Positions 38,226 to 41,093 of a stretch of 41,093 nucleotides of DNA are shown piece after piece. The notes below the pieces were generated by a model that was not told the origin of the DNA, ran no database searches, and was given only the letters and a program-made list of their open reading frames with translations. Numbering within the stretch: position 1 is the first letter of the stretch; every line of letters starts with the position of its first letter. This DNA comes from a bacterium (lineage in GTDB: Bacteria; SZUA-182; DTGQ01), in the NCBI GenBank assembly GCA_040752695.1, contig JBFMGO010000042.1:1-41093 (forward strand). Reading direction: 5' to 3'. The translations under genes were made by a program, and so were the position numbers.

Positions 38226-40778
38226 TTATTGCCAATAGTAGGCATTTAAGGCAGCGTTGTTATCTGCCGTAATAGCCTTGACATAGATGTATGAATAAGT
38301 TGACAGATCTTCAATAAAAATCTGATATTTGAAATATTTGGCCTGAACTTCACAGCACAGGATTTGAAAGTTATCCAGCTCATAGAAAATGATATTATCC
38401 TGGCTGTAAAAAAATTTAATTGATAATTTCCCTGCCTGTGCGTGTAAAAACTCTACCCATGTTTTCCCGGACGAAATCCTATTGGTCCAGTGTTCTCCGG
38501 CAGAAAAGTAACTCGTCCAGGTAATAGAAGTCAAAGCGATTACAACTTGAAAATCGAGCCAGAATCTTGCTATCTGAGCTGACGAAAAATTATAGACTGG
38601 AGATGTGTAATCCCCTGATAGTCCACCAGCATGGATTACCCTCAAAACCGTGCCATAAGTAGGGTGATTGTAAGCTTCTGTATTATTGAAGCTTCCTGAT
38701 GAAAAATCATTATATTGAGAGGGATTGATACTTCTCTGAATGGTATATCCGGGCGGCGTAAATACCTGAATAGTAGACGATCCGGCATTTTCCGAATACT
38801 CACCGAGGGTATTCTTTGCCTTGATCAGAAAGGTATGGGTTCCAGGTTTTACACCGACCAGGCTCCAGAGCTGAGTTTTGGTAAATCCAAGAAACAGGGC
38901 CGAATCCCATTCTGCTCCCGTCCTGATCTCGTATCCTGACAGATCATTGGCAAAGCGGTCACGTTCTTCACCTGTATTGGGAAGAAGCCACCGCAACCCG
39001 ACAGAATCCCCCGTAGCAGATCCCATAAAACCAGATACGTCATCCGGCTTGACGCCGCTTTTGCCGATGATAGAATATGACCAGCTATTGGCATCAGTCA
39101 GGGACATCTTAACCCCATACGTGCTGACGGACAACAGCTTGAAATACCACTGATCGCCTTCTTTTGCTGACGACTCAATGGTAAAACTTCCCCATGCCTT
39201 ACCATAGCAGATGTAATCGTCATCATCCGGTTGAGGCTGGCCGGCCCCACGGGCCGCTCCCCAGACTTCGACATGATCAAGGAACAGGTAATTTACCGGT
39301 GGCTGCCAGGTTATCTTCAACCTGGTGAAGGTATTGTCCTTAATGGCATACACCTCCTCACTGAACTGAATATTGCTCACCGATACTGGCACGGCAAGGG
39401 GATCCGGCAAGGTACTTGCCCATTGGGTATGTGACACTACATTGACCACATCATCATAGAGAGTTTCAATCTCAAGCAGAACGGTCAGTGCTACATTGTT
39501 GTCTTCGAGAGGCTGGTATCTTTGCACCCTGACAATTTGATCAATCCACCCTGGCAAGCTATGGGTAACCGTGATGAAATCACCAGGCTCCACAGGGAAG
39601 GCTTTTGGTCCTGCCACAAAGGAAAACGGAATATTCAACCGTTGCCGCTCCAGTTGATAGGCACCTATTTTTGTAGCCTGGTCCTGGCTTGTAATCAAAA
39701 GACTGAGCTCTTGCTCTCTGATTTCGCCATCGGCAGCGATGGCCTCTGGATCGTGTAAGACAAGGTCCTCGAGGATAAAGCCGTTTTCGGCGTTGGTATA
39801 TTTTATCCTGATCGTATTGGGCAAAGACTGAAGACTTGGTAAATCAAAGGAGAAAGAATCAGCCACAATATCATCTTCGGTCAGGGAAAGAACGGGAGCC
39901 TCCCAGTCTAATTTGTGCAAAATAAATTTTTCTTCCGACCAGAAGATAGTTGACCTGAACGTAGTCAATATCTGAAAGGCCGTATCGAGGCCAGGCTCTC
40001 TTTCAGCAAGGATGCAGTTCAGCAGGTAATTTTTCTCTTCACACCAGGTAGCGACAGATGCGATGTTGCCATCGATGCCGGCATCCCAGAAACTGGAATC
40101 CATTCCGACGCCATAGCGGTCGTTGGTAACAAAGTCGTAAAAGCAGAGGGCAGCATTGTCCGACCAGGAAACAATACCAGTCCTGGGGTCGAGGACTTTT
40201 TTCCCTTTCACCAGCAGGGTAATAGTGGGGATGCTGGTGAAAAGTTCACGGTCATATTCAAGGCGAATATAGAGATAGGCGGTATCTTTCATCAGATCAG
40301 TCCAATTTGGATCGTAGGCTTCAAAGGAAGGATCGCCAAGGGAACAAATCGTCTGGTTATCATTGCCACCGTTCTTGAACTCCCAGTAAACCTTCGGTCC
40401 AAAATCTCCAATAAGACTGTCATCCAGCCATATCTGGGATACCCCGCCAATTTCAACAATGCCCTCTATCTCTCCTTCAGAGATAGTTTGAATAATATTC
40501 AGATATTTATTCTCTTCACCGGAAACACTGATATAGGGCTGATTTCCACCGATTTTTATCTCCCCATAGACAATGGGGACAGGACTCTGGCTGTCCCTGA
40601 AATTGATCTGCTGGCCTGGGTCCTTATCGTTTGTTAATAAAGCACGTCGTGGTTTGGATGGTTTTGTCAGCTCAGCGCTCACATATGAGGCAGCAGTTAC
40701 TATTACTGCTGTAGCTATGGCGCTGGCTCCAAAATAATTAGCAGCCACATACGCTATATAAGGCAGAGCCTGGGGCAT
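38226..40778 (-). CDS. Phage tail-tip / host-specificity (J-like) protein with FN3-like domains
   Basis: PVPIVYG..KIGG, ISEGEIEGI, KGKKVLDPR....WSDNAALC.YDF.TN.RYG.G, EPGDFITVTH, YEIRTG..W. Confidence 0.85.
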   Translation of the reverse strand: MPQALPYIAYVAANYFGASAIATAVIVTAASYVSAELTKPSKPRRALLTNDKDPGQQINFRDSQSPVPIVYGEIKIGGNQPYISVSGEENKYLNIIQTISEGEIEGIVEIGGVSQIWLDDSLIGDFGPKVYWEFKNGGNDNQTICSLGDPSFEAYDPNWTDLMKDTAYLYIRLEYDRELFTSIPTITLLVKGKKVLDPRTGIVSWSDNAALCFYDFVTNDRYGVGMDSSFWDAGIDGNIASVATWCEEKNYLLNCILAEREPGLDTAFQILTTFRSTIFWSEEKFILHKLDWEAPVLSLTEDDIVADSFSFDLPSLQSLPNTIRIKYTNAENGFILEDLVLHDPEAIAADGEIREQELSLLITSQDQATKIGAYQLERQRLNIPFSFVAGPKAFPVEPGDFITVTHSLPGWIDQIVRVQRYQPLEDNNVALTVLLEIETLYDDVVNVVSHTQWASTLPDPLAVPVSVSNIQFSEEVYAIKDNTFTRLKITWQPPVNYLFLDHVEVWGAARGAGQPQPDDDDYICYGKAWGSFTIESSAKEGDQWYFKLLSVSTYGVKMSLTDANSWSYSIIGKSGVKPDDVSGFMGSATGDSVGLRWLLPNTGEERDRFANDLSGYEIRTGAEWDSALFLGFTKTQLWSLVGVKPGTHTFLIKAKNTLGEYSENAGSSTIQVFTPPGYTIQRSINPSQYNDFSSGSFNNTEAYNHPTYGTVLRVIHAGGLSGDYTSPVYNFSSAQIARFWLDFQVVIALTSITWTSYFSAGEHWTNRISSGKTWVEFLHAQAGKLSIKFFYSQDNIIFYELDNFQILCCEVQAKYFKYQIFIEDLSTYSYIYVKAITADNNAALNAYYWQ

Positions 40779-40978
40779 AGCCTTCTCACCTCCAAAATCT
40801 TTGATGCAAGCCGGGATTTAGGGAAAATCATTACACCTCCTCTGACATCACACGAAAGGAAGTTCCCCGATCCTACATAAATGGCTGTATTGATATCGTC
40901 CTGGTTGCGAATTAAACAAAAGTCGGCTGGACGCAGGTAGCAGGGGTTTATTTTTTCTCCAAGTGATCGTGTGCTTCC
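40754..40978 (-). pseudogene. C-terminal half of an NlpC/P60-like tail-assembly gene, cut at 40980
   Basis: Manual translation GSTRSLGEKINPCYLRPADFCLIRNQDDINTAIYVGSGNFLSCDVRGGVMIFPKSRLASKILEVRRLCPRLCLI*; overlaps the start of the J-like gene; no upstream start codon in frame. Confidence 0.6.
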
Positions 40979-40979
40979 G

Positions 40980-41093
40980 GTAAGCGTGCATGAAAATTAG
41001 ATAAGAAAGCATTATCATAGGTTATCCAAGAGAATAAGATAAGGGAGGATAATCTATGAATCAAGAAAGCCTACCAGTAGTTAAGCCAACCAT
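40980..41093 (+). mobile_element. Probable IS66-family left end with the start of its first ORF (41056, MNQESLPVVKPT...)
   Basis: Begins GTAAGCGT, the typical IS66 terminus; AAGGGAGG RBS and ATG on the strand opposite to the phage genes; coincides with truncation of the tail gene. Confidence 0.6.

Larger units (their letters stand above)
31496..41093 (-). mobile_element. Prophage end (tail, receptor-binding and lysis genes) integrated at tRNA-Ala; continues beyond the window
   Basis: Co-oriented tail-tip, fibre, Mtd-like, holin-like and endolysin genes ending at a tRNA 3'-half duplication. Confidence 0.88.

Overview
Bacterial genomic window with three parts. (1) 0.6-6.6 kb: a compact three-gene locus. 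An exported Thr-Cys-repeat, Cys-rich peptide is followed by a hairpin and two paralogous polytopic membrane proteins, each with a degenerate exosortase-like membrane segment and two GATase-like/DUF4350-type soluble domains. I cannot assign it to a named system, and it is the best candidate for an undescribed one. (2) 7.5-28.8 kb: a cluster of large secreted/surface proteins. It contains two signal-peptide-bearing phage-fibre-like proteins that share a YQG...PYA/AFA N-terminal domain (one ~2000 aa with decapeptide and NHL repeats, one with an S74-type chaperone), an InlB-B/FN3 surface protein with a CFI-box-like end, a linalool-dehydratase-like protein, an 8-heme cytochrome c with adhesin and carbohydrate-binding-type domains, and two beta-helix proteins. 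(3) 29.6-41.1 kb: a tRNA-Ala(GGC) integration hotspot. On the left is nested mobile-element debris (IS1380-like ends around an internally deleted group II intron, next to a truncated excisionase-like gene). On the right is the tail/lysis end of a prophage with two Mtd-like (DGR-target-type) paralogs but no TR or RT in view, and a tail gene cut by an IS66-like element at the window edge. Short tandem-repeat expansions are unusually frequent throughout. All family assignments come from motif recognition by eye; no searches were run.
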